A stretch of 63,940 bases of DNA, counting the filler, from Octopus bimaculoides (Eukaryota), in NCBI RefSeq assembly GCF_001194135.2. It is 6 parts of 6 records of this genome, joined end to end, with 100 filler letters (N's around TTAATTAATTAA, not from the genome) between each part and the next. Parts side by side here need not be neighbours in the genome. Positions count along the whole stretch, not along the records: positions 16,239 to 25,354 come from NC_068982.1; positions 25,455 to 45,873 come from NC_068981.1; 4 more parts are not named here. One strand, given 5' to 3'. Every line of letters begins with the position of its first letter. Within the stretch, counting starts at the first letter, position 1. The position numbers and the translations under genes were made by a program. Under the pieces are notes generated by a model. The model saw only the letters and a program-made list of their open reading frames with translations. It searched no databases and had not been told where the DNA came from. This document shows positions 25,138 to 39,440 of the stretch, in pieces.

Positions 25138-26514
25138 ATGGGGTAGACATTGTGGTGGTGTGAGGCAATATTGTCTTCAACGTGGCTGAATTTAATTACA
25201 TCTCGAAGACACTCAATGCCAAATCACGTAGATGTGTACACAATTCCTAACGGGTATATAAACAGTGGGACCCATGGAGGGAATATTTATACATGTGTGT
25301 ATTTTTTAATGCATGCATGTATGTATACATGTATTTATATATTGTATATATATANNNNNNNNNNNNNNNNNNNNNNNNNNNNNNNNNNNNNNNNNNNNTT
25401 AATTAATTAANNNNNNNNNNNNNNNNNNNNNNNNNNNNNNNNNNNNNNNNNNNNATATATATATATATATATATATATACGTATATATATATATATGTAC
25501 ACATATATGTATAAATGTGTGTGCATATGTGCGTTTATGCGTGTGTTTGTGTGTGTGTGTGTGTTTGCGCGCGTGTATCTACATACATATTTACGTGCGG
25601 CTGTGTGGTTAGAGTCTTTCATATGCATCTGTGGTTCACTGTTCAATCCCACTGCATGACAGATTAAGAGAATCTCTTCTACCAAAGCCTCTTAAGTGGA
25701 TTTATTTGTTGGAAACTGAATGAAAAACGTCGTGAATATTTATACACACATGCATACACGCTCGCACGCACACACGCAGAAACACACTTGTCCTAATATA
25801 TATGTGTGTGTGTCTGTGTGTGTGTCCGTGTGTGTGTGTGTGTGTGCCGACAGATAGCGAGACAGAGACAGGTAGAGAAGGGAGGGAGAGAAATAGAAGG
25901 ATGAGAATGTGTGTTTGCGTGGATTAACGTATTAACATATATGAGTTTAGAATGAATGATATGATAACTATATACGAGCCGTCCTTCTATGTCATCTAGG
26001 AAATGTAATCAGATTTGCTTGAATATATCTTGTTTCCAACACCTGAAATTGTTGTCACCTCTGCACCCTAAATAGGTTATACATTTATATCATCCATTTT
26101 GATTATAATCTGTATTTTAGCGTCTACACATATATTTCACTGCTTTATGTCTAAGTCTGTAACTAAATTTGATTTTGCGTAATAGCGATTAAATATACTC
26201 AGATTATAATGTTTGTGTGTACGTGTGTGTGTGAGTGTGAGGAGAGCAATGGCTCTGGTTGTACAGAACACGCCCAAGGCACCCAAGTAATAGTAATTCT
26301 AATCTGTAAAGACATAAAGACATGGTTGAAGTTAGTTGTAACCGGCATTACTCTCTCGTACATAATTGGTATTTGCTAGGAATTGATAAAATGCAGTTAT
26401 CACAGGCCAACGTATAGGAATGAACAGAATTACAATCTAACACACTATGAGCAATTTTGAGCTACGTGCATATAATTAAAGGCGTGTAAGTATGTGTGCA
26501 TATGCATATGAATT

Positions 26515-26595
<81 letters not shown>

Positions 26596-26632
26596 NNNNN
26601 NNNNNNNNNNNNNNNNNNNNNNNNNNNNNNNN

Positions 26633-26663
<31 letters not shown>

Positions 26664-27369
26664 TTTATTTATATACAAACACATATATATATACATACAT
26701 ATATAAGTGTATACACGCATATACGTATGTGTTTGTATGCATATGGAGTGAGAGAGTGTGTTTGAAAGAAATATTTCTTTGTCACAAAATATGTGCGCGT
26801 GTATGTCCGTGCATGCGTGCGTATATGTTTTAGCGTGGGTGTGCTGACAATTTTTGACCATTTGTAACCTCAGACTATAAAATTTCCAATCGCTGTAGTA
26901 GAATTGAAATACACTTTGTCAAATTGAACTTAACTAAATTCATTATAACAGTACTAAATTAGATTTCCCATACGTATATTTTCATTCGCTACAGTGTCTT
27001 TAAGAATCCTTTTGAAATAAGGACTACTTCAAAATTCAAAGTCTGGAATATTTCGTCATGCATACATATATAGATTTAATTAAAAGATTAAATGTGGTAC
27101 TTAAAATGTTTCTGGCACCAGAATTTGGTAGGGTAAAATCCAAAAACAAAATCAAGAGATTTGGTGAATTAAATTTGAAGAAAAGCAACAAAAATGTATT
27201 AGGTTATAGCAGTACGTACGTTTCGTACAAGCTTCATTTATTTGTGTAGTCAGAACACCACATAAGATGTGCAATGAAAATGGACTCCTCAGCTGCATAA
27301 TGGAAGTTCATTTCAGAAAGCCATTTTGTAAATGTGTGCAAATACATGAGCAGGAGATGAAGAGAATAC

Positions 27370-27468
27370 CATTTTGACTGGGCGGTTAATCAACAGTCTA
27401 GTGAACCAAACAGGAATTAAATTCCTGTTTGGTTCACTAGAGTGTTGATTAACAGCGAAGTCAAGATG
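27370..27468. other. 99-nt near-perfect palindrome/hairpin in unique intronic sequence
   Basis: Centred on 27419. The 34-bp inner arms have one G.G mismatch, and the outer stem catt-ttgact pairs with agtcaa-gatg. Confidence 0.9.
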
Positions 27469-27959
27469 AGACTTTAAAGTGGCGAGTGACTTCATATCTG
27501 TATTTTCATAATATTTCCAGGCTGAATCAGAATGCCGTCTGCGAAAAAAAAAAAAAAAAGTATTTTCAGTTACGCTATTCTCTAGTAAACATAGTTGCTA
27601 ATGTGCTTTGCATTCTCTTTCAAATGCATGAGAGTGGTCATTACTGGAACGTCTTCCGATTTTAGTCAGCACAAATATGACTGACTTGAGGCTTCACGGC
27701 AAGAACAATCATTGCGCGTACATGGAATACATTATTGTTTAACCCGTTATCCTCTTAATTTTCGTCAGCAGACCGGATGGTATATTTTGTTTTAAGTATA
27801 TTGTTTGTTTACTTCGTTAAATACATTGATCTCTCATTATGTAAAAATACTCATTAATTTACATCACATATTATTTTCTATGGCCTTTTGCCACATGTGG
27901 CGATGCATCCATCCATCCATCCAGCTAGCTATCCATCCATACACAAGCACATGCATACA

Positions 27960-28003
<44 letters not shown>

Positions 28004-28099
28004 TACATACATGCATACATACATACATGCATACATACATACATGCATACATACAAACATACATACATACATGCATACATACAACTAAGAGAAATCTAT

Positions 28100-28710
28100 A
28101 ATGAACAAAGTAACGAAAATACTAAAAGAAAGCTACCTAGATGGAAAACAAACTTGAAGAAATCATGACTAACATGCGCCACCATATTGGATGGTCAACT
28201 ACAATAATAAAATCTGAGGAGAAAAATGAGTTTACACCTCACCAACTCTACCATAGACAAAAATTAGTGAAACTTTATGCCAACTCTTCACCTGGAGCTG
28301 TTGAGGGAAAAACTAATCACTTTAGGAGATGAACTCAGGACGATGAGCGAGAATCTCCGCTATCGCAAGCGAATTTTTGAGCATGCCAGTATGAATCGCA
28401 AGTTTGCTTCCAACCCACAAGCATTATACAATGATAAGGAAGGAAAATATTACCATTAAGAAAGCTCCTTCCTAAGAAGATCTGCAATTATTCTGGTCAA
28501 AATTTTGAAGCGAAAAGAGGGATTTCAACCTGAATGTATCTTCGTTAAATAAAATTGAGAGAGAATACTCTACCAACACTAACTGTAAACCGTACAAAAT
28601 CGATGCACAAACCGTTGTTATAACAGTAGGTAAACTGCAAATCGGGAAGGCACCTGGAAGGGACCTAATAGTTGGGTATTGGTACAAGAAGCTGACATTT
28701 TATAGAAACC
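28100..28710 (+). mobile_element. Decayed RLE-type retrotransposon pre-RT fragment
   Basis: Frameshifted ORFs 28141-28459 followed by F...WS.I...K..FNLN..W and a KAPG.D-like motif. Confidence 0.55.
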
Positions 28711-29231
28711 AATTGATATGTTTGTTCAAAAGTAGCATGCAAGGTCATACTGATATCACACATTGGGGGTGTGGAGGAGGAGGAGGAAGTGGAAGAAGTG
28801 GTGGAGAAGGAGGAGGAGGAGGGAATTTGAGAGTGAGTGAGAGAACACATAGGCGGCCGATGCATTATACTCTCACTCATGTGCTTAATGGAAGTGAGAG
28901 GTGAAGAGGAAAAAAGAAATGTGGAAAACACGAAGAGGGGGAATTACATAGTTGAAAAAAGTTTGTTGAAGAAACAAAGGAAGTGAAAAATATAAACGTG
29001 CTCAGCAGATGGAAACTTTAAAATCATAAAATATTTCATTTTAAATGGAGGTAAAATAACTTAGCAAAACAAGAATAAACATGTAAACCCTTTCTCTTTC
29101 TTTCTGTGGAATTTCTAAGGGTCCTACACGTACCTTATATTTGTAAAATGGTATTTGCATATATTTCCCTACCATGATAAAACAGAATATATATTAAGAT
29201 TAAAATTACTTAGTGTACACGCACCCTGCTC

Positions 29232-29282
<51 letters not shown>

Positions 29283-29877
29283 CTTCTCTCTAAATCTCTC
29301 ACTTTCACTCCGTACCAACCCATCTATCTATCTCGCTCTCTTTTCCTCTATCTCTTTATCAGTCTTTCCTGCGCGCCATCTTCAACTTTTTTACATTGAT
29401 TTCTAATGTAGTCAACAACAGACTTCAAATTTTGGAAGTGATGCTAATCGAGTATACAGACATCGATACTTGGCTGATATTTATATTTTGATATTATATA
29501 TCATCGTCATCATTGTCGTCGTCGTAATCGTTATCGGCACTACCACCACCACCACCACCACCATCATCATCATCATCTAAGCATCTATGTAACCAGCCCA
29601 GCTGTCTTTTCAACTTAGAACGTAACTAAAGAGAATAAGTTATAAACTGCTTATGCTTAACTTTGTATCAGCGCTTAGGGAGCAGATTGATGATCAAAAC
29701 ATTTCCTATTATGATCGTGCCATCCTTTTAGGCATTACTAATTCTGTATTACCTTTCGTCTCGTATCTTTTAAAGAATATGCAGTGGGTCCTGGGGGAGA
29801 TTTACATGCTAATTCTAACACACAAACCGACCACACATATCCTCCTTCGGTGACATGAATGAAAGTCTTGCAAATGG

Positions 29878-30230
29878 GCGCAGGTGTAGCTCGAATTTAA
29901 GAAGTTGACATCCAAACCACATGGAATTCGGCTCCGTTCCACCGCATGGTACCTTGGCCAAGTGTCTTCTACGTAGCCTCGGGGAACTCCAACCTTTGTG
30001 TGTGGGATCAGTAGACGGAAACTGAAACCCGTCATACGTGTGTTTGTGTGTGTGGTGGAGTTGTTTGGGGTGTAGTTTGGCTGCGTACCCGTCACTTAGC
30101 GGTTCTCCAAAAAGCGACCGATAGATAAAGTATCAGGCTTAAAAAAATAAACTGGGGTCGGCTTATTCCTCTAAACTTTTCAAAGTGATGCTCCATCATG
30201 TCTACAGTTTAATGACTGAAACAAGTAAAC
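29878..30230 (+). mobile_element. Diverged SINE family A copy
   Basis: ccacatgg...ccttggccaagtgtcttctac...tagacggaaactgaaa...gaccgatagataa...aatgactgaaacaagtaa. Confidence 0.8.
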
Positions 30231-30959
30231 GGTAATAACAGAAAAGATATGTCCATGTTTCGCGTTATATTCATGTGGCACAAGATCTCCAATGTGGAAT
30301 GTGGGATACAGAATTTTAAAGGGCTTGGAATTTAATTAATACCAATTACGTCCACTAGAATATAAAAGATTTTATTGAACGGCACGACGAGATTTATATT
30401 CCGAAATTAATACAAAATAACTAAATACCGCATTTTTATTTATTTATTTTTTTTTACCCGGCACTCATTCGATTTTGTGAACCACACTATCTTTTGATAT
30501 TACAATATTAAAAATAAAATATTTCACTAGAGACATTCTGTTAGTGATGAAATTGGAACCGGTTGTAATTAGAAAATAATAATATAAACATTGACACTTT
30601 TTTAGTTCTTTTAATTTAAAAAAAAAATATTTTCAATGTTTATATAATAAAATTAATAAACGAAGTGAATTGGATTTGGTTCATATATCCTTTTGGAAGA
30701 ACATACTGTGTCACCCCAAAATTACATTTCTACGACTTAAAACTCTATTACAACTGGACAAGGCCAGCAATGTGGGAGTAGAAAGTTAGTCAATATAATT
30801 AACTGCAATAGCTATTTGGTATTTTAATTTTATCGACACGGAGAAGTTGAAAGTCAAAGACAACCTCGAAGAGATTTGAACTCAGAGAAATAAGACCAAA
30901 GATAAACAGTGCAATGTAATTTTGCACGTGTGCTAACAAAGGGAAAACAAAGGGAAAAC

Positions 30960-31820
30960 AAAGGAAGAAGTACAAAAAGGACATGAAGAAGAATTACTCA
31001 GGAAGGGACTACACAATCAATTCCATATAGACACAATAGAAGTTGCTGGAAAAAATAAATGGGAGTGACTGATGAAAGGTACCATAAAAAAAGATGGCAG
31101 CACAGTACCAATATCTGGCCACGAACTAGAGGGTCAACCTGAGGAATGAGCAAGCGCTTCCGCTGTGCCGCATCTGCAATAGAATGGATGAAAACCATTG
31201 GCCATATCACGAACGAATGCACTAACTTGCCTAAAGCCACTACAAGTTGTGGCCCACACGACCAGGTAGCGAAAGTGCTACATAAGAAACTCTCCAAAAA
31301 GTAGGGGCCAATGAGAGCAAGACGGGGTATGAGAACAAATCACAGATAGTGGAAGAGTCGAAAACAAGCAAAATCCTCTGGGATTTCCCGATTCAAACAG
31401 ATCAAGTGCTGGAGCATAACAGACCGGGCCTACTTGTGGTGGACAAGGTGCACGACATATGCTATATAATTGTTGTTTCACACCCCTTTGACCCACAAAT
31501 AGTAAAGAAGGAAGGCGAAAAGACGGATATAAACCTCTTAAGTACGAAATAACCCGGCTATCGAAAATGAAGAAGGTAAAGACAGTGCCAATTATTGTTG
31601 GGTCCTTGGGAATACTATCGGAAGTCATCAAGAGGAATATAAAGAAAATTGCAATAGAGTACCCTGTTGAACTGTTACAAAAGGCTTGCCTCCTTGGCAC
31701 GGCCAGAATAATCATGACAGTATTAGATAGCTGAAAAGAACGAATGCCATAGTACCGTAGGCTGCAGGTAGTAAGCCCGCTGCCAAACAAGACTCCAGGC
31801 GCTCCAACAAAACCTGTGAT
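30960..31820 (+). mobile_element. R4/Dong-like retrotransposon 3' part (CCHC and restriction-like endonuclease)
   Basis: CRIC...ETIGHI..EC, HDQVAKVLH, KILWDFPIQTDQVLEHNRPGLLVVDK, and IIVGSLG...LQKACLLGTARI. Confidence 0.85.
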
Positions 31821-31967
31821 GAAGTGAAAATGATTATAATTATAATAATCCTTCTACTATAGACACAAGGTTTGAAATTTGTGGGTAGGTGTAAGTAGAG
31901 TACATCGACCTCCAATATTTCACTGGTACTTTCTTTATTGACCCCGAAAGGATGAAAGGCAAAGTCG

Positions 31968-32047
31968 AATGAATGAATGAATGAATGAATGAATGAATGA
32001 ATGAATGAATGAGTGAATGAATGAATGAATGAATGAATGAATGAATG
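31968..32047. repeat. (GAAT)n microsatellite
   Basis: Direct reading. Confidence 0.9.
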
Positions 32048-32054
32048 TGCGTGT

Positions 32055-33250
32055 ACTAATGAAGAATGGTTGGAAAAGACATCTTTTCTGTAACAATCAG
32101 CACTTATCCGAGGTAATAATCAAAAGAGGTATCTTCCAGGGAGATTGTTGTTTACCATTACTATTTGTTATAGCTTTGAGCTCAAAGTGAAAGCCCACTG
32201 TGAGCTGAGGAAGAATGGACTTCGTCTCAATTACCTTCTCTTCATGGATGAGTCAAAACTGTTTACGAAAATAGAAACTGAAATGGAGAGGCTGGGTGGG
32301 AGTGGACAGATATGCAGGAAAGGCATAGGAATGGAATCAGGATCTCATAATGAAGGGAACCCACTCTGAAGCAAGAGAATTGAGTAGAGTGCCAAAACGG
32401 AAAGTGAATAGAAGAACCGTATGTGATCCTGGAGCTCGACGACAGCTTGAACAAAGAAATAAAAGACCAAATCACTGCTGCATGTTTGAAGCCACTCTTC
32501 TCTTGAAGTCTAAATTCAATGCAAGGGACCTTATGACTGATATCAATGTATTGGCTGTTGCTGTGGTTTTCAGTAGTAGTGCATCTATTTTCAAATGGAC
32601 ACGAGCGGATATCAAGGATCTCGATAGCCGGACCCGAAACACGAAAGACAATGCATGGTGCCTGCTATCCTGAGGCTAATATTCACAAGCTATACACGAT
32701 GAGGCGCAAGGCTGGGTGCGGCCTGATAAGCGTACGAGAGTGCATCGACAGTGAGAAAGGAAATTGGACAGAGTATTTCTTAAACAGCGAACAAGACCTG
32801 CTACAGTAAGCTGTTAATGCAGAAGGATTTACCAGCAATGCAGTTGAGAGAACTAATGAATTCCGACCAGAAACGAGAGAGAAAAAACACTACTCCACAT
32901 GAGATTATATGGTCACTTTCACCACGTAATTAACAACTTAGAGGCCTAGAAGCATCATGGAATAATAAATCATCAAATATGACCTTAAAATCTCATTGAA
33001 AGCCTGATCATAGCTGCCGAGAAACAGGCATTGAATACCAGCTCAGTGAAATGAAATATATATACAAATGAAAAAAAGATATATACCACACATTTTACAC
33101 AGATTCTTTGCTCACAAGAGTAAGGATGCACCAGGATTTTGCCTTTCATGCAGATGAGGTGTTACAGCGAAGGCTGGATATATTAACCTTTAAGAGGGAC
33201 CAGCAAGAGTACGAAATAAATGACGTAGCAGTACCAGAGGATCAATATTG
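32055..33250 (+). mobile_element. R4/Dong-like retrotransposon RT and thumb fragment
   Basis: IKRGIFQGD, LNYLLFMDESKLF, KFNARDLMTDINVLAVAVV..WTRADIKDLDSRTR, LYTMRRKAGCGLISV and ESLIIAAEKQAL. Confidence 0.85.
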
Positions 33251-33409
33251 TTGATGCTCTTCCTATGGTTGATCAGTTGATCAAAACTACTGATGTCACA
33301 AATTGCAAATTACTTCATTTTCTTGATTTTTTCTATTAGACACATACCTTTTTTCTTTTTTTTTTTTTTTTACTTGTCAAAGCAGAAAGAGTTCGAATAA
33401 GTGATATTC

Positions 33410-33680
33410 TAGCAGTTTATACAAGCCCGTTTTCCGAACGATAGAAGATTTTGAAGGACAAAATTGTTGAAAGATTTCGTATAAGTTCTTTCAATATTGT
33501 CAGCCGTTTTTTGTAGCTTGTTGGCTTATGTTCACGAACATTCAGCGGATATGAAGATGGATTTGGATACAATCTACCTTTTATTAGATTTACAATGAAT
33601 GGGTATATTTTCTGTGATGTTATTATTTCCCTTATATAGTTAAGGGAAAACACTCCCCTTACCTATATAAGAACTAAACT
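33410..33680 (-). mobile_element. Penelope-like RT C-terminal fragment (second family)
   Basis: Y.REHKPTSYKKRLTILKELIRNLSTILSFKIF.RS resembles the PLE thumb region. Confidence 0.5.
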
Positions 33681-34479
33681 GTTTATATTATATGTACTTA
33701 GAATTTGGAGAGCTGGCAGAACCATCACCGCACCAAACAAAATGCTCAGCGGCATTTCGCTCGTCTTTTCGTTCTTAGTTCAAATTCCACCAATGTCGAC
33801 TTTGCATTTCAACAATTTGAAGTGCTGTAATGAAATATCACCCTCCCTTAAAATTTCAGGCCTATAGTAGAAAGGATTCTTTGTATTGATAAATAATTTT
33901 AAAAAGGAAATACTTAGCTATTTATCCTTATGTATAGACTGCTCGGTATTAAACCATACTATGATCCACTTCTTTCTTTTCATTCACTGAGTTTAATATA
34001 GAGTAGATTGTTAATGACGATGCTCTAAGCGAGATGGCTACCATATCCATGTCGAAGCAAATACCAGAGATACTCGTATTCATTCCGACAGTTCGTTGCA
34101 TTTTTATGGATAGATATAGTCTTCTTTTTCGATTTTCTTATGGAGAAATATTTGCCTGTCTTTAGATCTATTCTTAAGTCTATAAAATTGGCTAGCGTTC
34201 AGTTACTGTTAAGATACCCATTATAAATAAATATATATGTATATACAAGCGTGTCTCTGTATGTATCTATGCATATGTGTGTGTATGTGTATGCGTGTGT
34301 CGATGTGTGGTTGTATGTGAGAATAATTGTTATACACACAGTATTTTTCTCAGTATGTCTGCCCCTCTCTTCCTCTCTCTATTTTTTTTTTGTATTTCTC
34401 TCTTTGTTTCTCAATATGTGTGTGTGGGAGGTACGCATATATGTACGCATACATATATACATGTGTGTGTATGTATGTG

Positions 34480-34483
<4 letters not shown>

Positions 34484-34572
<89 letters not shown>
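34484..34572. repeat. Long (TA)n microsatellite
   Basis: Direct reading. Confidence 0.95.
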
Positions 34573-34577
<5 letters not shown>

Positions 34578-34600
34578 CATATGTTCGTAGGTATGTATGC

Positions 34601-34631
<31 letters not shown>

Positions 34632-35799
34632 ATTTGTGTAGGTATATGTATATATTTACTGTTTCATTTCAGTTATTTTCACACAAGGGAATTGATGCAA
34701 ATGATGTATCTTATTATTATTCATTGAAGTAATGTCCTTTAAAATAACAATTTCTTTAGTGTAATGCGCCACGAATATGTTGAAACACTCGTTACAAGAA
34801 AGATAAAGAAATATGATTGTAATTATGGAAGGTTTTTCTAGGTTTTTGTATTTTCTTTCTGTTTTTCTTTTCTTTATCTTTTCTTTTCTTCGTTTGCTCT
34901 ATCATTTAACATATATGGTAGACAAAGTTATCTTTAGCTATTGAAATGTTCGTTTATGCAGCTTGAAATCTATATTTTCATTACATTATCTTTTTTCCAT
35001 TTTTGTGGGCCTTCATATCTATTTCCTTGGTGATTTTCTGAATAAGACATTTTTCTTTGTACTTGAATATACAACGTAATATTTTTAAAGCATTTCGAAA
35101 TTAAAATGATATTTCAATTATTTGGTATTGCAACCACTTTGACTTTTTTTGTTTTGATAATAAGTATTATATGATAGATGTTGGACATTGACACTCAACG
35201 TAACATGTTTCAACTTCAACTTAAGGGTATTAAACTAAGAAATCACTCGTGAAAAATACCGCATTCCTGCGATTTACATCACAGAGGAATTCTAAGTAGA
35301 TTTCCTAATGGATAGGGGCGAATAAAATATATTTCATTCAAGCGCGCAAATTGTTGATGCAAGCATATGTATATGCACATAGGCGCTCACATACACGCAT
35401 ACACACAGCACTGATGCCATAAGAATTCAAACACTTTAAGAAAACTTGAAATTTTTTTTAGAGCGATTTGTCTCGAAGCATATAAGTCTATAAACACTCT
35501 GTATTATGTTCACAAGGCCTGGGATATTAAGGAAGGGAGCTAGTCGATCATATCAACCACCAGTACTCGACTTCATCGAACCTTACAGAGATAAAATCAA
35601 AGTTGGTCCCGGCAAAATGCCGCTTATCCTTTCCATCGGTGTGTTAACGGAAGACAAAGTGGAGGTAACCGGATAGTTGTTCTATGTAGGAAACAAAAGG
35701 GTTACTTCTTTATTTGCAATGCGTACATTGCAAATTTTCTCTGGACGTTAATGTGTAACATATGAAGGTCAACACAGATTAGAATTGCTCTGTACCGGA

Positions 35800-36126
35800 T
35801 ACAGGAGCACTCCGTCGGTTACGACGACGAGGGTCCCAGCTGATACGATCAACAGAACAGCTTGCTTCTGAAATTAAATCACAAGTGGCTGAGCAATCCA
35901 CAGACACTGTACCTCTAATGTTGTTCTCAGGAAGATTCAGCGTGACACCGAGTGTGACAAAGTCGGATCTTTGAAATAGAGGTACTGCTCATTTTTGCCA
36001 ACTGAGTGGACTGGAGCAACGTGAAATAAAGTGTCTTGATCAAGGACACAACGCGTCTCCGGAAATTGAACTCGCGACCTTACAGTCGTGAGTCGAATGC
36101 GCTAACCAGTAAGCCACGCGACTTCA
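35800..36126 (-). mobile_element. tRNA-derived CORE-like SINE (family C), diverged
   Basis: Shares gcactccgtcg.ttacgacg.cgagggt...ggctgagca.tccac.gacac with 59666-60054, plus a CORE-like gagtggactggagcaacgtgaaataaagtgtcttg. Confidence 0.8.
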
Positions 36127-36916
36127 CTCCGGATAGATAATCACGTACTGATCGAATGAACATGCTTCCAAATATGCCTTTAGCTGTTATCGTTTATTTG
36201 CTTCTGTTACAAGGACGCCACACTGACCTCATTACTTGAATAAATTGACCCCAGCACTTATGTTCAAAATATGGAACTTATTCTATCGGTCTCTTTTTGC
36301 TGAACGCCTAACTTAACAGTAGGGCGGGGAACTGAGTCAAAGACACACGCACGCATGCACACACAGGTGCACACACACAAACACGCACATACCCACATAC
36401 AAACATTCACACACACACATACACTCAAATATATATAAAGAATGATGGAAATGAATAAATCTGCTTCGGTTTCATATACGAATTATATATAGATGTATAC
36501 CTGTAAATAGAAAGAAATCAAAGACTGAAAATGTAAAGTATAAATATACATATACATACATATATGTATAGGCATGTATTCATGTATACTATGGTACTAA
36601 ATTAGCACCTACTTCACTAAACATAGAAGTTAGAATACTTCTTAGCTACAGCAGTTTAGCAGTATTTTGACTTCTAGTTTTAGCGAAGCAGGTCTTTATA
36701 TAGTACCCTAGTATATAAAAATATAGGTATATATCCTATATACAATTATTAATTTTGCCTATACAGCGTTTACGCTTGCGTCCACTGACCTTATTTTTTT
36801 TTAGGAATAATATATATANNNNNNNNNNNNNNNNNNNNNNNNNNNNNNNNNNNNNNNNNNNNNNNNNNNNNNNNNNNNNNNNNNNNNNNNNNNNNNNNNN
36901 NNNNNNNNNNNNNNNN

Positions 36917-36947
<31 letters not shown>

Positions 36948-37975
36948 GTATATATATATGTATATATGTATGTAAGCTTGTGTGTATGTATATATGTATT
37001 AGCAGAGCAAACTTACTACTAAAACACAGAAGATTAAGGGGGAAAGGTGTAGTGTTAGAAGTTCGACAGCTGTTTCTGAGTGCTCGGAGTTAATTCATTA
37101 TGTTGGCAGATGTAGTTCACTAGGATAAGTAACTAGTAATGGAAACCAATAGACATTGCATAGATCTGGCCTCCATTTTCAGGGAGAAGAGATACAATCT
37201 GTACCATTCTATTTTCCACACACGCACCAAATGGCTTTCACACTTTACGTCACACATTCACAAATTCACGCACAATGCATTGGCTGGTCCTGTGTTATAC
37301 TAGAAATACTTGCCTAAACTACTATACCGTGAGACTACGCCTGAAACTACGTGGTGGTAAAGCGTACTTATTAACCAGTATAGCCAGGCTTGCACGTCTC
37401 GTACAAAGCTTTCTTTTCTATCTCTTAGACGAAATACATTCCAAACGTGTTTCATTAGTGTGTTCAAGATCTTGCCAAACTCTTGATATTAATGTCACAC
37501 CTTTAAAAATTATACTTTTTCAATTCATATCAAATACATTTTGGTTTCAATTAAATATATCGTGTATAAGAAGTCACGTTCATAATCATGATTACAAAAT
37601 TTAATAGGTTTGTTATATGTTTACAGGTTCGTCGCAAGAGACTGAACGCTCCCTCCAAAAGTTTGAACACCTGTAGTCTACCCTGTCAGGTAAATTGATT
37701 TCTCTTAATATATTTAACTTCGTAAAATATGAGTTTGATAGTACATGGATTTCATGAGATATCATTCAACCACGTACGCCAATATGTATGCGTGCGCGCG
37801 TCTGCATGATCTTATACAAAATCACGCTTAAAATATTTTCAAAAATGGATGCATGGCTAACACGCTAGCTGTGCAACCACTCGGTTTCGAGTAAAGTCTT
37901 CAATGCGCAGAAAATAGTGGGAAGTTTCTTCCTCTATAGTCCCGGTCCTACAAAGGTTTACAGTGAATTTGGCAG

Positions 37976-38016
<41 letters not shown>

Positions 38017-38030
38017 ACTCTCTCTCTCTG

Positions 38031-38112
<82 letters not shown>

Positions 38113-38379
38113 TGTGCAGGGTCGCAGTCGTATACCATTTTTCTTAAAAATCGTTTAACTTAGCGTTAATAGACTTTAATAACAGAATTATGAAAAAAGA
38201 CGAATGCTGTTTTCTTTCACATGAAACATTTTTTCATTGGCTGTTGTTACGCTTCTTATTTTCATTATAAACCAAATAATTAAACATATATTTTACTAAG
38301 GATCGTGAGTAGTAGCAGAAAAAGAAAACTACATCACGTATAAATTTGGCATTTAATCTCCTTCAAAGTAGTCCCCTTC

Positions 38380-39440
38380 GAATATCACACAAGTGGCCTC
38401 AATCTGCGTACTTTAGCTTTGTTACCATGGCAACAGTCCGTATACTTCAGACCCCCCTACCCCGCCGTTACACATCTCCCATTTCCCCTCACCTACCACC
38501 CTTCCGGCGACTTCAGTCCCACCCCTCCACTTCGCACATCTTCCCTAACCGACCCCTCCCCTACTTCAAGCGAGCCCATAATCTACGTGATCTGGTCCAC
38601 AGTTTCCTCCCTAACCTAACCTCCATACTCGGCTCATTCCCCTGCTCCTGCCCACCCTACCGCACTTACCCTTATCTCTCCAGCACCACCAACCTCACAG
38701 GTACCCATCATCTACACTTTCATATCACTGACTACTTCACCTGCATTTCTTGCAACGTCATCTATTGCATCTCCTTCTCACACTGTCCTTCTCTATACAT
38801 CGGTCAAACGAGACACCGCTTGGCTGACCGGTTCGCGGAACACCTCTGAGATATCAGACTCACCAACGACACTCCGGTCTCGCACCCATTCCATCCTACC
38901 CCATCCCAAAGATTCTACTCTTACATACCACACCCGCACCCTCACACCCCACCCTACTCCTCCCTCACCCCAACCACACCCCACTCTTGCTTCCCCCACG
39001 CTCGCCTACCCCATACCCCAGTACCACGCACCATCACATCACACACCACCATACCACATCACCCCACACCCCACCACCCCACTACCCCACACACACTAGC
39101 ACTGACCCGTTCCCAGCATCCACACCCTCATCCATACATCTACACAAGCACACACGCACACGTCAATGTCACCAGCCCTTATTCACACGCACATACACGC
39201 TCTCACATGCACACTCACGCGTACCTTCGTTTTGGGATCACCACAACTTATTTTCCTTCTTCCTAGGTCTCCTGTTTGACCACCTTTGTCCGGCATTCAC
39301 CATGATTGATCACTAGCCACTAAACCTTTCTCTACTTTCTCTCTCTGCTTCTTTCTGCGTTCCTTTCTGTTGTTGAAGAGCGTAGGCTCGAATCGTAATA
39401 GACTTTCTCACTTCCCGAGTGTTAAACTGTTTCTCTTCTC
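38380..39440 (+). mobile_element. Penelope-like element 3' half (GIY-YIG and pLTR)
   Basis: FKRAHNLRDLVHS and TCISCNVIYCISFSHCPSLYIGQTRHRLADRFAEHL. Same family as 10725-12530. Confidence 0.9.

Noticed and set aside
34251-34732. ORFs rich in YI, HT, CV or LS repeats throughout the window
   Set aside because: Translations of (TA)n, (CA)n, (TG)n and (CT)n microsatellites.
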